Shown: piece by piece, positions 50,688 through 61,471 of the stretch
How the letters are laid out: the number at the start of each line of letters is the position of its first letter
Position numbering within the stretch: position 1 is the stretch's first letter
Origin: Alphaproteobacteria bacterium
GTDB lineage: Bacteria > Pseudomonadota > Alphaproteobacteria > Caedimonadales > UBA9215
Assembly: GCA_024281375.1 (NCBI GenBank)
Contig: JAJSAD010000044.1
Span: forward strand, 5,614-69,613
DNA length: 64,000 nucleotides
Direction of reading: 5' to 3'
The notes under the pieces: model-generated
Told to the model about the DNA's origin: nothing
The model's input: only the letters and a program-made list of their open reading frames with translations
The model's database searches: none
Made by a program: the position numbers and the translations under genes

Positions 50688-52019
50688 TTACGCAGCAGAA
50701 TTTTTCTTAGCAGCCTCTGCTTCTTCAACGATTTCAGAAAGTCTGCGATTTAATTCAATAAAGGCCTCATTAATGTCTTCTGACGTTTTAGAAATTTTTC
50801 CAGAGATTTCTTTTGTTTCCCGCGCTTTTTCATTAATCTGTTCAGCCCTTGATTTACTTTGTTCGGACTCTGCAGAAACACCTTCAATGTGATTCGCAAT
50901 GTCAGACGTTGCCGCATTTTGCTCTTCAACGGCTCCCGAAATAATCGTCGCGATTTCATTCATCTCGTTTACCGTACTATCAACAGACTTAAAAAGTTCA
51001 GCAGTTTCATTAATGTTTCCCTGAATCACTGTCACTTGACTCGTAATTTCTTCTGTTGCTTTTTCCGTTTGGTTCGCAAGATTTTTCACTTCTGAGGCCA
51101 CAACGGCAAAGCCCTTACCGGCCTCCCCTGCCCTCGCAGCTTCAATGGTTGCATTCAAAGCCAACAAGTTAGTTTGAGAGGCAATTTTGTTAATCATTTG
51201 AATGACATCGCCAATGGTTGTGGCACAGGTAACCAAATCATCAATCTTGCCCTGAGCCATTTGAGTCTTATTAACGGCTTCTCCTGTAATACCAGAGGAC
51301 CTGGCAACCTGATCACTGATTTCTTTAATGGCTTCTCCAAGCTCTTGTGAGGTCTCCACAACAGATTTGATCTTTTCTTGGCTCCGCTCAACAGCCTCAA
51401 GGTTTTCTCGGGATAAAGTTTCAATAGATCCGGATATTTTTTGAGACATATCTCCAAGGTCACTTGAGGCCCCTTGAATATTTTCTTTAGCAAAAGTAAA
51501 GGCATCGGTTATTTTAGAACTAATATCATTCAATTGGCGCTGCATGCCTTCTTCTTGACTAGAATCCATATAGGTACTCAATGCCAAATCCATATCAAGG
51601 AGGGCAGCTTTTATGGTTGCTTCAAGGGCAAGTTCTAAGTCTTTTGGATTTTTATTAAGGGCGCCCACAAGAACCTTTGCGATATTACTTAACGCAATGG
51701 CATAGCCTCCGATATACCACTGAGGTTTCAAGTCAACTTGACCATGAACCTTTCCTATTTTTATGATATTTTCAAGGTACGCTTCATTAAACTCTCCAGA
51801 AAAAAGATTAAGCCAATGTCTTCTTTGAGCCGCCTTAGGCTCAACAGTACCATTGGGGAATTTTTCGACCAAATGCTCGTAGGTCGCCACATGAGCATAA
51901 AATCCTTCTAAAATAGGGTCGATATTTTGCTCAAGAGCAGAGGCATTTTTCTTGAGAGTTTCACATAATTTTTCGTCTAGTTGAATAAAATCTAAACGTT
52001 TTTTTAGATCAATTGACAT
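50688..52019 (-). CDS. globin-coupled methyl-accepting chemotaxis protein (HemAT-like)
   Basis: The N-terminal sensor-globin-like region ([33 protein letters not shown]) contains a candidate proximal His. The C-terminal MCP signalling hairpin is [36 protein letters not shown]. Confidence 0.75.
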   Translation of the reverse strand: MSIDLKKRLDFIQLDEKLCETLKKNASALEQNIDPILEGFYAHVATYEHLVEKFPNGTVEPKAAQRRHWLNLFSGEFNEAYLENIIKIGKVHGQVDLKPQWYIGGYAIALSNIAKVLVGALNKNPKDLELALEATIKAALLDMDLALSTYMDSSQEEGMQRQLNDISSKITDAFTFAKENIQGASSDLGDMSQKISGSIETLSRENLEAVERSQEKIKSVVETSQELGEAIKEISDQVARSSGITGEAVNKTQMAQGKIDDLVTCATTIGDVIQMINKIASQTNLLALNATIEAARAGEAGKGFAVVASEVKNLANQTEKATEEITSQVTVIQGNINETAELFKSVDSTVNEMNEIATIISGAVEEQNAATSDIANHIEGVSAESEQSKSRAEQINEKARETKEISGKISKTSEDINEAFIELNRRLSEIVEEAEAAKKNSAA

Positions 52020-52072
52020 GATATTAAGCCTACATCTATTATAACTTTCCTCACTAGAGTAGGGCTTTAATA

Positions 52073-52088
52073 GTTAATAAAACATTAA
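52073..52088 (-). promoter_or_regulatory. CtrA-type box TTAA-N7-TTAAC upstream of the MCP gene
   Basis: The minus strand reads TTAATGTTTTATTAAC, ~55-70 nt upstream of ATG 52019. Confidence 0.35.
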
Positions 52089-52108
52089 AAATAGGAAGAT
52101 ATTATGAC

Positions 52109-53911
52109 TTAATTAATCGCTGTTTTCTTAATATCTTCTGGAGGGAGCTTCACACGAATATGGAGCTCCTCCAATTGTTCTGTCGACACTTGATTAGGGG
52201 CACTCATCATAAGGTCTTCAGCCTTTTGGTTCATGGGGAAAGCCACGACTTCACGCAAATTAGGCTCATCAGCAAGCAACATCACAATCCGATCCACACC
52301 CGGCGCACTGCCCCCATGGGGAGGTGCCCCATACTTCAAGGCATTAATCATACCAGAGAACTCATTTTCAACGTCTTCTTGGGAATAGCCCGCAATGGAA
52401 AAAGCTTTATACATCACATCGGTAAGGTGGTTTCGAATGGCGCCACTGGAAAGCTCGGTGCCATTGCAAACAATATCATATTGATAGGCCAAGATTTTAA
52501 GGGGATCCATTGTATTTAAGGCTTCTAAACCACCTTGGGGCATGGAAAAAGGATTATGTGAAAAATCGAGACATTGGCGTTCTTCGTCAAATTCAAACAT
52601 GGGAAAATCAACAACCCAACAGAATTTAAAGCAATTTTTCTCAATGAGGTCTAGGGCTTCTGCGATTTTTGTACGCGCCGCACCGGCGAGTTTTGCAGCC
52701 CCTGCTTCTGTATCACACACAAAGAAGACGGCATCTCCCTCCCCCATGCCAGTGATCTTTTGCAACTGAGCGATACGGGCATCATCGAGGAACTTTGCAA
52801 TGGGGCCTTTGGCTTCACCGCCTTCGGCAAAGGTAATATATCCAAGGCCTGGAGCGCCTTCATTTTGTGCCCATTTATTCATTTTATCAAAGAAGCTACG
52901 GGGTTGGGAGGCCGCGCCTTTGGCTTGAATAGCCCGCACAACAGAGCCCTTTTTTATAGCTTTTGCAAAAATAGAGAAGTCTGATCCGTCAAAAACCTCA
53001 CACACATCCTGAATAAGAAGGGGATTCCGCAAATCAGGCTTATCAGATCCATATTTTAACATGGCTTCCGCATAAGGAATCCGGGGGAAAGGTCCTGATG
53101 TCACAGAACGACCGTTGGCAAATTCCTCAAACAGGCCTCGTAACACAGGCTCAAGAGCGTCAAATACATCTTCTTGAGTAACATAGGCCATCTCAAAATC
53201 TAACTGATAGAACTCTCCGGGAGAGCGATCAGCACGGGCATCTTCATCGCGAAAACAAGGGGCGATTTGGAAATATTTATCAAAGCCCCCCATCATGAGG
53301 AGCTGTTTGAACATCTGAGGCGCTTGAGGAAGAGCGTAGAACTTCCCAGGATGCAGGCGACTTGGCACCAGAAAATCACGGGCCCCTTCAGGAGAACTGG
53401 CCGTTAAAATAGGGGTTTGCATCTCAAGAAAGCCTTGGTCCATCATACGTTGGCGCATAGAGCTAATGATCTGTGAGCGTAAAACAATATTTTTATGCAT
53501 TTTTTCACGGCGTAAATCCAAAAAGCGATACCGCAAACGCGTCTCCTCAGGAAACTCTTTGTCGCTATTCACCTGAATGGGAAGCATTTCTGCTGTGGAT
53601 TCTACCTTAACAGAGTCAGCCGCAAGTTCTATTTCTCCAGTCACCATAGCGTTATTAATGGTTTCAGCGCTCCGTTTGACAACCTTTCCGGTTACCGTGA
53701 GAACACTCTCATAACGCGCGCCCTCAGCCACGTTAAAGTCAGCATCATCCACACTCAACACGCATTGTGTTACCCCAAAATGATCCCGAAGATCGATAAA
53801 CAAAAGGTTCCCATGGTCGCGTTTACGATGGACCCAGCCACTTAGGCGGACAGTTTTCCCCTCATGGGAGGCACGAAGTTCAGCACAATTATGTGTACGG
53901 TAAGGATGCAT
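52109..53911 (-). CDS. aspS: aspartate--tRNA ligase
   Basis: 600-aa class II aaRS: [19 protein letters not shown], the GAAPHGG-like [13 protein letters not shown] motif. Confidence 0.95.
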   Translation of the reverse strand: MHPYRTHNCAELRASHEGKTVRLSGWVHRKRDHGNLLFIDLRDHFGVTQCVLSVDDADFNVAEGARYESVLTVTGKVVKRSAETINNAMVTGEIELAADSVKVESTAEMLPIQVNSDKEFPEETRLRYRFLDLRREKMHKNIVLRSQIISSMRQRMMDQGFLEMQTPILTASSPEGARDFLVPSRLHPGKFYALPQAPQMFKQLLMMGGFDKYFQIAPCFRDEDARADRSPGEFYQLDFEMAYVTQEDVFDALEPVLRGLFEEFANGRSVTSGPFPRIPYAEAMLKYGSDKPDLRNPLLIQDVCEVFDGSDFSIFAKAIKKGSVVRAIQAKGAASQPRSFFDKMNKWAQNEGAPGLGYITFAEGGEAKGPIAKFLDDARIAQLQKITGMGEGDAVFFVCDTEAGAAKLAGAARTKIAEALDLIEKNCFKFCWVVDFPMFEFDEERQCLDFSHNPFSMPQGGLEALNTMDPLKILAYQYDIVCNGTELSSGAIRNHLTDVMYKAFSIAGYSQEDVENEFSGMINALKYGAPPHGGSAPGVDRIVMLLADEPNLREVVAFPMNQKAEDLMMSAPNQVSTEQLEELHIRVKLPPEDIKKTAIN

Positions 53912-53985
53912 GTTTCAACTTTTCTAAATATTTGTTATATTATCGTGAACTATAAATTAATTTGTGTTTAATTACCAGAGTTTCT

Positions 53986-55164
53986 ATGAGCGATCCGTAC
54001 GATTATATTAAGACCCCTAAGGGCTTGGAAGATTTTTGCACCAAAGCTACCTCTTCCCTCTTAGAAGGGGATTTCTTAACTTTCGATACAGAATTTATCC
54101 GTGAACGCACTTATGCCCCCCAGCTTTGCCTGATTCAAATCGCCACAGCCCAACAAGCAGCCATCGTTGATCCTTTAGCAGATGGTATGGATTTGCAACC
54201 TTTGCTCGATATCTTTGCCAACCACGATATAGTCAAGGTATTGCATGCCGGACGTCAAGACATTGAAATCCTTTTAGAATTGATGGAAGAGCTTCCCAAA
54301 AATATTTTTGATACACAAATAGCCGCTATGGTGTGTGGATTCGGAGAAAGTGTTGGCTATGAAACCCTTGTGAAAAAGATCACGAAAAAGGGCCTCGATA
54401 AAACGGCACGTTTTTCTAATTGGGCCCAGCGCCCTTTAAGTAAAAGACAATTAGACTATGCCATTGGTGACGTGACTCACTTGCGTGATATTTATACACA
54501 CCTTCTTAAAAAAATCGAAAAGGCTGATCGATACCACTGGATTGAAGAGGAAATGCAGGCTCTTCTAAATCCAAAGACCTATGAAGTCGACCCTATGCGC
54601 CTTCTTTTTAAATTAAAGCTGCGCACCTCAAAACCCCATGTTCTGGCGAGGGCTTTTCACCTCGTTAAGTGGCGTGAAAATCAAGCCATGGTTGACGATA
54701 AACCACGTCAAAGCATCATCCGAGACGACCTTATTGCAGAACTCGCTACGCAATATCCAAAAACAATTGATGAATTTCGTAAAACCCGTGGCATTCGGGA
54801 TCGTCTTTTGGCCCGTAAAATTGCGGAGGGCATTATAGATGTGTTGACCACAGCAAGTGCCCTTCCTCCCCAAGAGTGCCCAACGTTACCAGCTCCAATT
54901 AACGAAACGGCTATTGATCCCCTCACCCAAGATCTTTTGCGGGTTCTTTTAAAATATATTTCAGAAAAAGAAGAGGTTGCTGAAAGAATTCTTGCTCCCA
55001 GCAAAGACCTGATGGCCTTAATTCGTCACAAAAATAAAGCAGATCTTGCGTGTCTTAAAGGGTGGCGCTATGAGATTTTTGGTAAGCTGGCCCTTGAATT
55101 TATGGATGAAAAAATTGCTCTCTCTGTTAAAGATGGCAAAGTTCTATTAACGAAAAATTCTTAA
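53986..55164 (+). CDS. rnd: ribonuclease D
   Basis: DEDD exonuclease motifs (LTFDTEF, HAGRQDIE, YAIGDVTHL) plus an HRDC-like C-terminus. ATG 53986 is preferred over TTG 53962. Confidence 0.85.
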   Translation: MSDPYDYIKTPKGLEDFCTKATSSLLEGDFLTFDTEFIRERTYAPQLCLIQIATAQQAAIVDPLADGMDLQPLLDIFANHDIVKVLHAGRQDIEILLELMEELPKNIFDTQIAAMVCGFGESVGYETLVKKITKKGLDKTARFSNWAQRPLSKRQLDYAIGDVTHLRDIYTHLLKKIEKADRYHWIEEEMQALLNPKTYEVDPMRLLFKLKLRTSKPHVLARAFHLVKWRENQAMVDDKPRQSIIRDDLIAELATQYPKTIDEFRKTRGIRDRLLARKIAEGIIDVLTTASALPPQECPTLPAPINETAIDPLTQDLLRVLLKYISEKEEVAERILAPSKDLMALIRHKNKADLACLKGWRYEIFGKLALEFMDEKIALSVKDGKVLLTKNS

Positions 55165-55329
55165 AATATACCCATCCTCTTTACCTTTAAGATATTTTTT
55201 TCATTTTTTTTATTTTTTCAGCATTTCATTAATAAACTGGTAACCTTTGGTTTATAGATTAGTAGAGTAATCTTAATTTTTACTAAGCGCGTAACTGCTT
55301 TTAATTTAACCGTCTTATTGGAGGACATC

Positions 55330-55659
55330 ATGGCAAACTCAACCCTGACGCGTAATGAAATTAGCGATAAACTTTCAAGAGAAATTGGCATCCCAAAACA
55401 ACAAGCCAGTAATATTCTCGATACAACTTTAAATGAAATGATTGAAAGCCTTGCGCGGGAAGGGGAGCTAAAATTATCTGCCTTTGGTAGCTTTTCTGTC
55501 CGTCAAAAAAATGACCGTATTGGTCGTAATCCAAAAACTGGGGTTGAAGTGACCATTACCCCACGCAAAGCGATCTCTTTTAAAGCCTCCAATGCTCTTA
55601 AAGGTAAGGTTTGTAACCTTAAAAAAGTAAGAGTTACTGAGTTTAAAAAGGCGAGTTAA
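55330..55659 (+). CDS. ihfA: integration host factor subunit alpha
   Basis: LTRNEISDKLSREIGIPKQQASNILDTTLNEMIESL...GRNPKTGVEVTITPRKAISFKAS. Confidence 0.85.
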   Translation: MANSTLTRNEISDKLSREIGIPKQQASNILDTTLNEMIESLAREGELKLSAFGSFSVRQKNDRIGRNPKTGVEVTITPRKAISFKASNALKGKVCNLKKVRVTEFKKAS

Positions 55660-55663
55660 TTTA

Positions 55664-55993
55664 ATGAAATACGCTTTAAAAAAAGCACTTTTCACAGGCG
55701 TGTTAACAGCCTTATTAGGAGGATTCGCCCAAGCGGATCAGTGCCAATGTCCCGTTTTAAAAATACAGGACGTCAAAGAACTTTATGAATCAGGAAAAAC
55801 CTATGACAGTTACCGAGGCTATATCGTCTACACAAAAAGAAAAGTTACAGAGAAAGCTCGAAAAAGCATTGCAAGTGTCACCCCGCAAAGTGCGACCCGC
55901 AGCGCCGATGGGAGTTGTGTTTGCCAGTATATCGTGCGGGATAGAGCCAACCTTGAGATCGACCAATTGGGCCTTGAAAAGCTCTTGCTCTAA
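55664..55993 (+). CDS. small secreted hypothetical protein
   Basis: 109 aa with signal MKYALKKALFTGVLTALLGGFAQA and four Cys. Confidence 0.45.
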   Translation: MKYALKKALFTGVLTALLGGFAQADQCQCPVLKIQDVKELYESGKTYDSYRGYIVYTKRKVTEKARKSIASVTPQSATRSADGSCVCQYIVRDRANLEIDQLGLEKLLL

Positions 55994-56057
55994 TCAAAAC
56001 AAAGGGCCTGGTCGAGAATTCATTCCAGCCTTAGCTGGACGGAAATGATTTCCTATT

Positions 56058-58436
56058 TTAAGCCCTGATTGAAATAACTTTATTTTTCGAAATAATCTGA
56101 TTTTGCAAGTTTTCGAATATGTTTTTATGGGCCATTTCCTTCGAAATTAAGAGAAGAGTTTCCACCAAAGGAAGAGGCCTGCTGAAATAATAACCTTGGA
56201 TAAGATAACATCCCATTTCATAAAGCATATCCAGTTGCTCTTTATGTTCAATACCTTCGGCAATAACATCGATGTTTTGAGATTTTGACAAAGCAATAAT
56301 GGCCTTGATCAATTCAAGGTTTTTTGAGTCAACGGTCATTTTATCAACAAATATTTTATCAATTTTCAAATAGTCAAAATCAAACTTATTAAGATAGGAA
56401 AGACTTGAGTATCCTGTCCCAAAATCATCAATCAACACTTCTACGCCCATATTTTTTAACTTCATAAATTTGTTATAGGTTTCCTTTGTGGAATCCAATA
56501 ACAAGCTTTCTGTCACCTCTACCTTTAGGGAACTTGTTGGATTTGGTGAATTTTGAATAAGTTTCAGAATAGAGTTAAAATGCTTATCATTATGAAATTG
56601 CTTAACGGACATATTGATAGAAAAAATAGCTCCTGGATAATCAGGAAGCGTTTTTCGCAAATTTTCCATATCTCGCGAACACAACTCAAAACATTTTTTC
56701 CCTAAGTCCAAAATAAGGCCCGATGACTCTGCTAGCTTAATAAAAATCGCCGGGGGGATAGAGCCTAATTCCGGATGGTGCCACCGACACAAAGCTTCAA
56801 AATAAGCAATACGACCAGATTTAATATCAACAATAGGCTGATAATACATTTCAATATCATCTGTTTTGATCGCTTCCTCTAAATCTTTTAACATTTTTAT
56901 TTCAGAATTTATTTTCTCAACAAATTGGGAATCAAAAACACAAATACGTCCTTTACCTAATTTTTTGGCTTTATACATCGCCTTATCAGCTTTGTATAAA
57001 ATATTATCCTCTTGTTCATGGCTACTATCCAACATCAGTAAACCAATGCTTACAGAGTTCTTTACCTCCGTATTTTCAAGGTAAAAAGTCCGACAGCAAT
57101 TCTCTAAGATACGTTCAGCAATTTCATAAGCCTCTCCTTCATCCTCAACGGAATCCAGTAAAACAACAAATTCATCCCCCCCGAATCGTGATACCGTATC
57201 GCTTTGGCGCACACAAGCCGAAATGGACTTTGCGATTATTTTTAAGGTTTCATCACCCAAAGCATGTCCATGTTTATCATTAATATCTTTAAAATCATCC
57301 ACATCCAAGAAAATAACCGACGATTTATCAGAATCAATCCGTGATAAATTTTTCAGATTATGATGAAGGCGATCAACAAATAAATCTCTATTGGCAAGCC
57401 CCGTCAAAGAATCATAAAAAGCGGCATGATGAAGGGACTTAATAAATTTTTCTTGAGTCGTGAATAAATGAAGGCGTTCTAAAACAATAGACAACTGGGA
57501 TGAAAATATTTCTATAGCTTTACGAGATAATAAATGATCTTCAGTCCCTTTAAAGGAAAAAAATTCAATAACAGCAACGAGTTCATTCGAGATTTTTATA
57601 GGTATAAAGAGGCATGTTTTCACGACCTTAAAGAAAGAAGTCAATTTTTTAGATTTCTTTGAAAAATTTTCTTTCCTCAGAAAAAGACATTTACTTTTTT
57701 TACTTTTTAAGTCTTGAATTTTTGGAGAAAAGTCGCCTTCTAAATCCCTCCTATAGGTATAAATAGTATCATTTTCCTCTCCATCACTGTTAACATAGAG
57801 GTCATCCAATTTTTTTAAAAATGCGTCACTCTGTATATTATGGAAATAAGCTGCGTCCATGCCTATATAACGCAATGTTAAAAGCAACATATCAACAATA
57901 GCTTCTTTGAAATCATTATTACGGCTTGAGGCTCTAGACATATGATAAAAATAAGTGGAATGCTTCTCACGTTCATCAATATAAGAAGAAAGAGAAATGC
58001 TAATATCTATTAAAGTGCGATTTGTTATATGATTTAGGATTTTTTCTACACGTTGCGGATCTGTAGAGTGGTCTTCGAAAACTTTATTTTGCAGGTAGGT
58101 AATAATTTTTTTATAACCCAAAATATAAAGCTCTGAAGAAATATTATGCTCATCATGTTTTTGACCAATTTGTATTGATTTTTCTCGAACGACATTGATA
58201 TCAGCACTTAAGAGCAACTCTATCCAATGCTGACTTTGTTTTTGAATAAGGACCTTACGTTTAGCGGCAGAAAAATGAAATATTTTTTGTGTTTCTAAAA
58301 AATCATAAAGCTCGATCAAAGCCCCTTTGATATGTTTTTTTAAAAAATGTTCTAAAATAACATATTCATCTTTATTGCTCTCAAAATAACAAGAGTCAAT
58401 AAAATCATAGAAGCGACTCCGAGTACCGTTATTCAT
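56058..58436 (-). CDS. GGDEF-EAL protein with N-terminal sensor-globin-like and GAF-like regions
   Basis: Intact RQSD-N5-GGDEF (VRQSDTVSRFGGDEFVVLL) and intact EAL signatures (YFEALCRW, DDFGTGYSSLSYL, KIDKIFV, IAEGIE, QGYYFSRP). The N-terminus (QSQHWIELL, IQIGQKHDEHNISSELYILGY) parallels the globin region of the MCP at 50688-52019. Confidence 0.8.
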   Translation of the reverse strand: MNNGTRSRFYDFIDSCYFESNKDEYVILEHFLKKHIKGALIELYDFLETQKIFHFSAAKRKVLIQKQSQHWIELLLSADINVVREKSIQIGQKHDEHNISSELYILGYKKIITYLQNKVFEDHSTDPQRVEKILNHITNRTLIDISISLSSYIDEREKHSTYFYHMSRASSRNNDFKEAIVDMLLLTLRYIGMDAAYFHNIQSDAFLKKLDDLYVNSDGEENDTIYTYRRDLEGDFSPKIQDLKSKKSKCLFLRKENFSKKSKKLTSFFKVVKTCLFIPIKISNELVAVIEFFSFKGTEDHLLSRKAIEIFSSQLSIVLERLHLFTTQEKFIKSLHHAAFYDSLTGLANRDLFVDRLHHNLKNLSRIDSDKSSVIFLDVDDFKDINDKHGHALGDETLKIIAKSISACVRQSDTVSRFGGDEFVVLLDSVEDEGEAYEIAERILENCCRTFYLENTEVKNSVSIGLLMLDSSHEQEDNILYKADKAMYKAKKLGKGRICVFDSQFVEKINSEIKMLKDLEEAIKTDDIEMYYQPIVDIKSGRIAYFEALCRWHHPELGSIPPAIFIKLAESSGLILDLGKKCFELCSRDMENLRKTLPDYPGAIFSINMSVKQFHNDKHFNSILKLIQNSPNPTSSLKVEVTESLLLDSTKETYNKFMKLKNMGVEVLIDDFGTGYSSLSYLNKFDFDYLKIDKIFVDKMTVDSKNLELIKAIIALSKSQNIDVIAEGIEHKEQLDMLYEMGCYLIQGYYFSRPLPLVETLLLISKEMAHKNIFENLQNQIISKNKVISIRA

Positions 58437-58505
58437 TTTCTATCCCGATCAATTTCCTAACGCTACATCGTGCATATCTCCCTTTAATTTATGTCACGAA
58501 ACTCC

Positions 58506-58521
58506 TTAAAAAAGCCTTAAC
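58506..58521 (+). promoter_or_regulatory. CtrA-type box TTAA-N7-TTAAC in the divergent promoter region of the GGDEF-EAL gene
   Basis: TTAAAAAAGCCTTAAC, ~70 nt from ATG 58436 (minus) and ~105 nt from 58626 (plus). Confidence 0.35.
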
Positions 58522-58625
58522 AAATATGATTTCTTTAGAAATTTTTTCCTTAATTTTTAGACAATCCTGAAAAATAAGACTATGATTATTAAAAGCATAT
58601 GCTTTTGTACAAATGATCTTTAACG

Positions 58626-58922
58626 GTGAAGAATAAAAATGATGAAAGCACGCCAATGGGAAAAATAATTAAGATTATCTTGCTCTTTTTAGTTTTCCCC
58701 TTAGCCTATTTTATTTATCAAACGGGCGATACGGCCCTTGGTAAAGTGGGGTTGGGTTATGGCACACCAGAGTACACCTTAATGTTACTAACGGTTTTGC
58801 TCCCTATTCTAGCAGGGCTGCTTATTCTCTTTGGATTGATGAAGAGCATGCTTGTGAAATACATCCCCCCGCTTCTCCTTCTGAATATAGCTGCCATTGC
58901 CTGGCTGAAGATGAGCCTTTAA
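58626..58922 (+). CDS. small membrane protein (3 predicted TM helices)
   Basis: Hydrophobic segments IIKIILLFLVFPLAYFIY, LMLLTVLLPILAGLLILFGL and PPLLLLNIAAIAWL. The start is GTG 58626 or ATG 58656. Confidence 0.45.
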   Translation: MKNKNDESTPMGKIIKIILLFLVFPLAYFIYQTGDTALGKVGLGYGTPEYTLMLLTVLLPILAGLLILFGLMKSMLVKYIPPLLLLNIAAIAWLKMSL

Positions 58923-59185
58923 TGATGATGGTTCTGAATTTGCCTCTGTTCCTGAACGCGATCGCTATCATCCATATTTTTGCCAATATAACCTCCAAGG
59001 GCTGCCCCCCCAAGAACACCTAAACCAACACCAACGAGTCTTCCACTACCGCCACCAATTTGTGAACCAATAAGACCACCGGCAGCAGCCCCTATAAGGG
59101 TTCCCCCCGTTTGTTTGGGACCGCCTGTTTGACACCCTGCTAAGAACGCAACGGAAACAAAAATAGCTAATATCTTTTTCATCAA
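58919..59185 (-). CDS. glycine-zipper lipoprotein (17-kDa surface antigen / SlyB-Pcp family)
   Basis: Lipobox AFLAGC. Glycine zipper GTLIGAAAGGLIGSQIGGGSGRLVGVGLGVLGGAALGGYIG. Confidence 0.8.
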   Translation of the reverse strand: MMKKILAIFVSVAFLAGCQTGGPKQTGGTLIGAAAGGLIGSQIGGGSGRLVGVGLGVLGGAALGGYIGKNMDDSDRVQEQRQIQNHHH

Positions 59186-59246
59186 ATTTTCCTCCTGATA
59201 TAATTATAGTATAACACAATAGTAAAAATGATAATTAATACTTTTG

Positions 59247-59284
59247 ATTATTTGTCAAAATGTTTACAAAAATTGACAAATAAT
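59247..59284. promoter_or_regulatory. perfect 12-bp inverted repeat ATTATTTGTCAA-N14-TTGACAAATAAT
   Basis: Contains the same TTGACAAATA decamer as the 23908 and 27929 palindromes, in everted arrangement. It lies between divergent genes 58919-59185 (-) and 59387-59701 (+). Confidence 0.4.
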
Positions 59285-59386
59285 TTTAATATTTATCTGT
59301 CTTTAAGAATTTTTTTATATTTTTTTAAGAAGGACTCCCATAGTATTATAGAATAAGTTTCAAAAAATCAAAAATAAGGCCTAGAT

Positions 59387-59701
59387 ATGAAAATTAAAAT
59401 TTTACTAAGCGCTCTCCTTCTCACTAGTTTTTGTCAGGCTTCTCTCCCAGAGACAGTAGAAAATGATGTGGACAAACTCCTGCAGAGAAAAACTCTCTTC
59501 ACAGGAACGACCAATATCAAAGATTTGCTAGAGATATGGGCTCAACAGTTGAGGGAGGAAGATCCAGAACTTACGGAGGACGATGCTCTTAAACGTGCTC
59601 AACAACGGTTTGACAATTTAAAAAATATTTCCCCTCGCAATAAAGAACGCAAGCTTCCGAGAAGATTTTCTTCTCCAGCCAAAATTGAAAAAATAAAATA
59701 A
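59387..59701 (+). CDS. small secreted hypothetical protein
   Basis: 104 aa with signal MKIKILLSALLLTSFCQA and a charged helical remainder. Confidence 0.45.
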   Translation: MKIKILLSALLLTSFCQASLPETVENDVDKLLQRKTLFTGTTNIKDLLEIWAQQLREEDPELTEDDALKRAQQRFDNLKNISPRNKERKLPRRFSSPAKIEKIK

Positions 59702-59793
59702 AATAAAAATAATTTTCAAGATTTCATTGTCTTGAATTCGAAAAACCGCTATGAATTAAAGGATTATTTTACCCTTTTTTCATAGGATCGTAC

Positions 59794-61467
59794 ATGGCCG
59801 ACTATATCTATACAATGTCAGGGGTTAGCAAGACCTACCCCGGCGGCAAACAAGTCATTAAAGATATTTCTCTTTCCTTTATTCCAGGTTCCAAAATTGG
59901 GGTCATCGGGGTGAACGGTTCTGGTAAATCAAGTTTTATGAAAATTGTTGCGGGCCTTGATGAGGAATTTGGCGGTGAGGCTTGGGCGGCTGAGGGAACC
60001 ACAATGGGCTACCTTCCCCAAGAACCCGAGCTCAACCCGACGATGACAGTAAAGGAAAATATCCAAGCCGGTATTGGGGAAATCTCAGAAATTTTAAAGC
60101 GCTTTGAAGAGGTCAGCGCCAAATTTGCTGATGAAATGAGCGATGAAGAAATGAATGCTCTTATTGAAGAACAGGGGGAGCTTCAAGAAAAAATCGAGGC
60201 CGTTGAGGGCTGGGACCTCGATCGCCGTATTGAAATTGCCATGGATGCTTTGCGGTGTCCACCGGGTGATAGCTCTGTTGAGAAGCTTTCAGGCGGTGAA
60301 AAGCGCCGTGTTGCATTGTGCCGCCTTTTGATGCAACACCCTGATATTCTTCTTCTTGATGAGCCGACCAACCACTTAGATGCCGAATCTGTTGCGTGGC
60401 TGGATCAGCATCTTCAAGACTATAAGGGCATGGTGTTACTGGTCACCCACGATCGCTATTTCCTCGATAATGTTGTGGATTGGGTCCTTGAATTGGATCG
60501 CGGAGAAGGCATTCCTTTTAAGGGGAACTATTCTTCTTGGCTAGAGCAAAAACACAAACGCCTTATCCAAGAAGAAAAAGAGGAATCCAATCGTCAAAAG
60601 ACTTTGGGGCGCGAACTGGAATGGATTCGCCAATCTCCCAAAGCCCGCCAAGCCAAAAGCAAGGCTCGTATTCAGTCTTATGATCAACTATTAAATCAAG
60701 ACATCACAGAAAAACTTAAGACGGCCCAAATTATGATCCCAGCGGGCCCCCGTCTGGGAAGTAATGTTGTTGAATTTGAAAATGTCAGCAAAGCTTTTGG
60801 GGATAAATTTCTGATTGACGATCTCTCTTTTAAAATGCCTCCAGGAGCCATTGTAGGCGTTATCGGCCCCAATGGAGCGGGTAAAACAACCCTCACAAAG
60901 ATGATGACCGCCAATGATAATCCCGATGAGGGGTCTGTTGAAATTGGCGAGACCGTTAAAATGGCTTATGTTGACCAAGTGCGCGATAACCTTGATGACA
61001 CTAAAACCGTTTGGGAAGAAATTTCCGATGGCTTGGACGAAATTGAACTGGGGAAAGCTAAAATCCAAAGCCGAGCCTATTGTGGCCGCTTTAATTTTAA
61101 GGGGAGTGATCAACAAAAACGCCTCGGGCAACTTTCTGGTGGAGAGCGTAATCGAGTCCATTTGGCCAAAATCCTTAAAAGCGGTGCCAATCTCATTCTG
61201 CTGGACGAGCCAACCAACGATTTAGATGTGGATACCTTGCGAGCTCTGGAAGAAGCTCTTATTAATTTCGCGGGTTGTGCCGTTGTGGTGAGCCACGATC
61301 GCTGGTTTTTGGACCGTGTCGCGACGCACATGCTCGCCTTTGAGGGCGATAGTCATGTTGAATGGTTCGAGGGCAATTACGCCGACTATGAAATCGATCG
61401 CAAACGTCGTCTTGGGGACGACGCTCTCCGTCCAACACGCATTAAATATAAACCTCTAACGAGATAA
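59794..61467 (+). CDS. ettA: ABC-F ATPase, energy-dependent translational throttle EttA
   Basis: Two cassettes: [28 protein letters not shown] and [29 protein letters not shown]. 557 aa. Confidence 0.9.
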   Translation: MADYIYTMSGVSKTYPGGKQVIKDISLSFIPGSKIGVIGVNGSGKSSFMKIVAGLDEEFGGEAWAAEGTTMGYLPQEPELNPTMTVKENIQAGIGEISEILKRFEEVSAKFADEMSDEEMNALIEEQGELQEKIEAVEGWDLDRRIEIAMDALRCPPGDSSVEKLSGGEKRRVALCRLLMQHPDILLLDEPTNHLDAESVAWLDQHLQDYKGMVLLVTHDRYFLDNVVDWVLELDRGEGIPFKGNYSSWLEQKHKRLIQEEKEESNRQKTLGRELEWIRQSPKARQAKSKARIQSYDQLLNQDITEKLKTAQIMIPAGPRLGSNVVEFENVSKAFGDKFLIDDLSFKMPPGAIVGVIGPNGAGKTTLTKMMTANDNPDEGSVEIGETVKMAYVDQVRDNLDDTKTVWEEISDGLDEIELGKAKIQSRAYCGRFNFKGSDQQKRLGQLSGGERNRVHLAKILKSGANLILLDEPTNDLDVDTLRALEEALINFAGCAVVVSHDRWFLDRVATHMLAFEGDSHVEWFEGNYADYEIDRKRRLGDDALRPTRIKYKPLTR

Positions 61468-61471
61468 TAAT

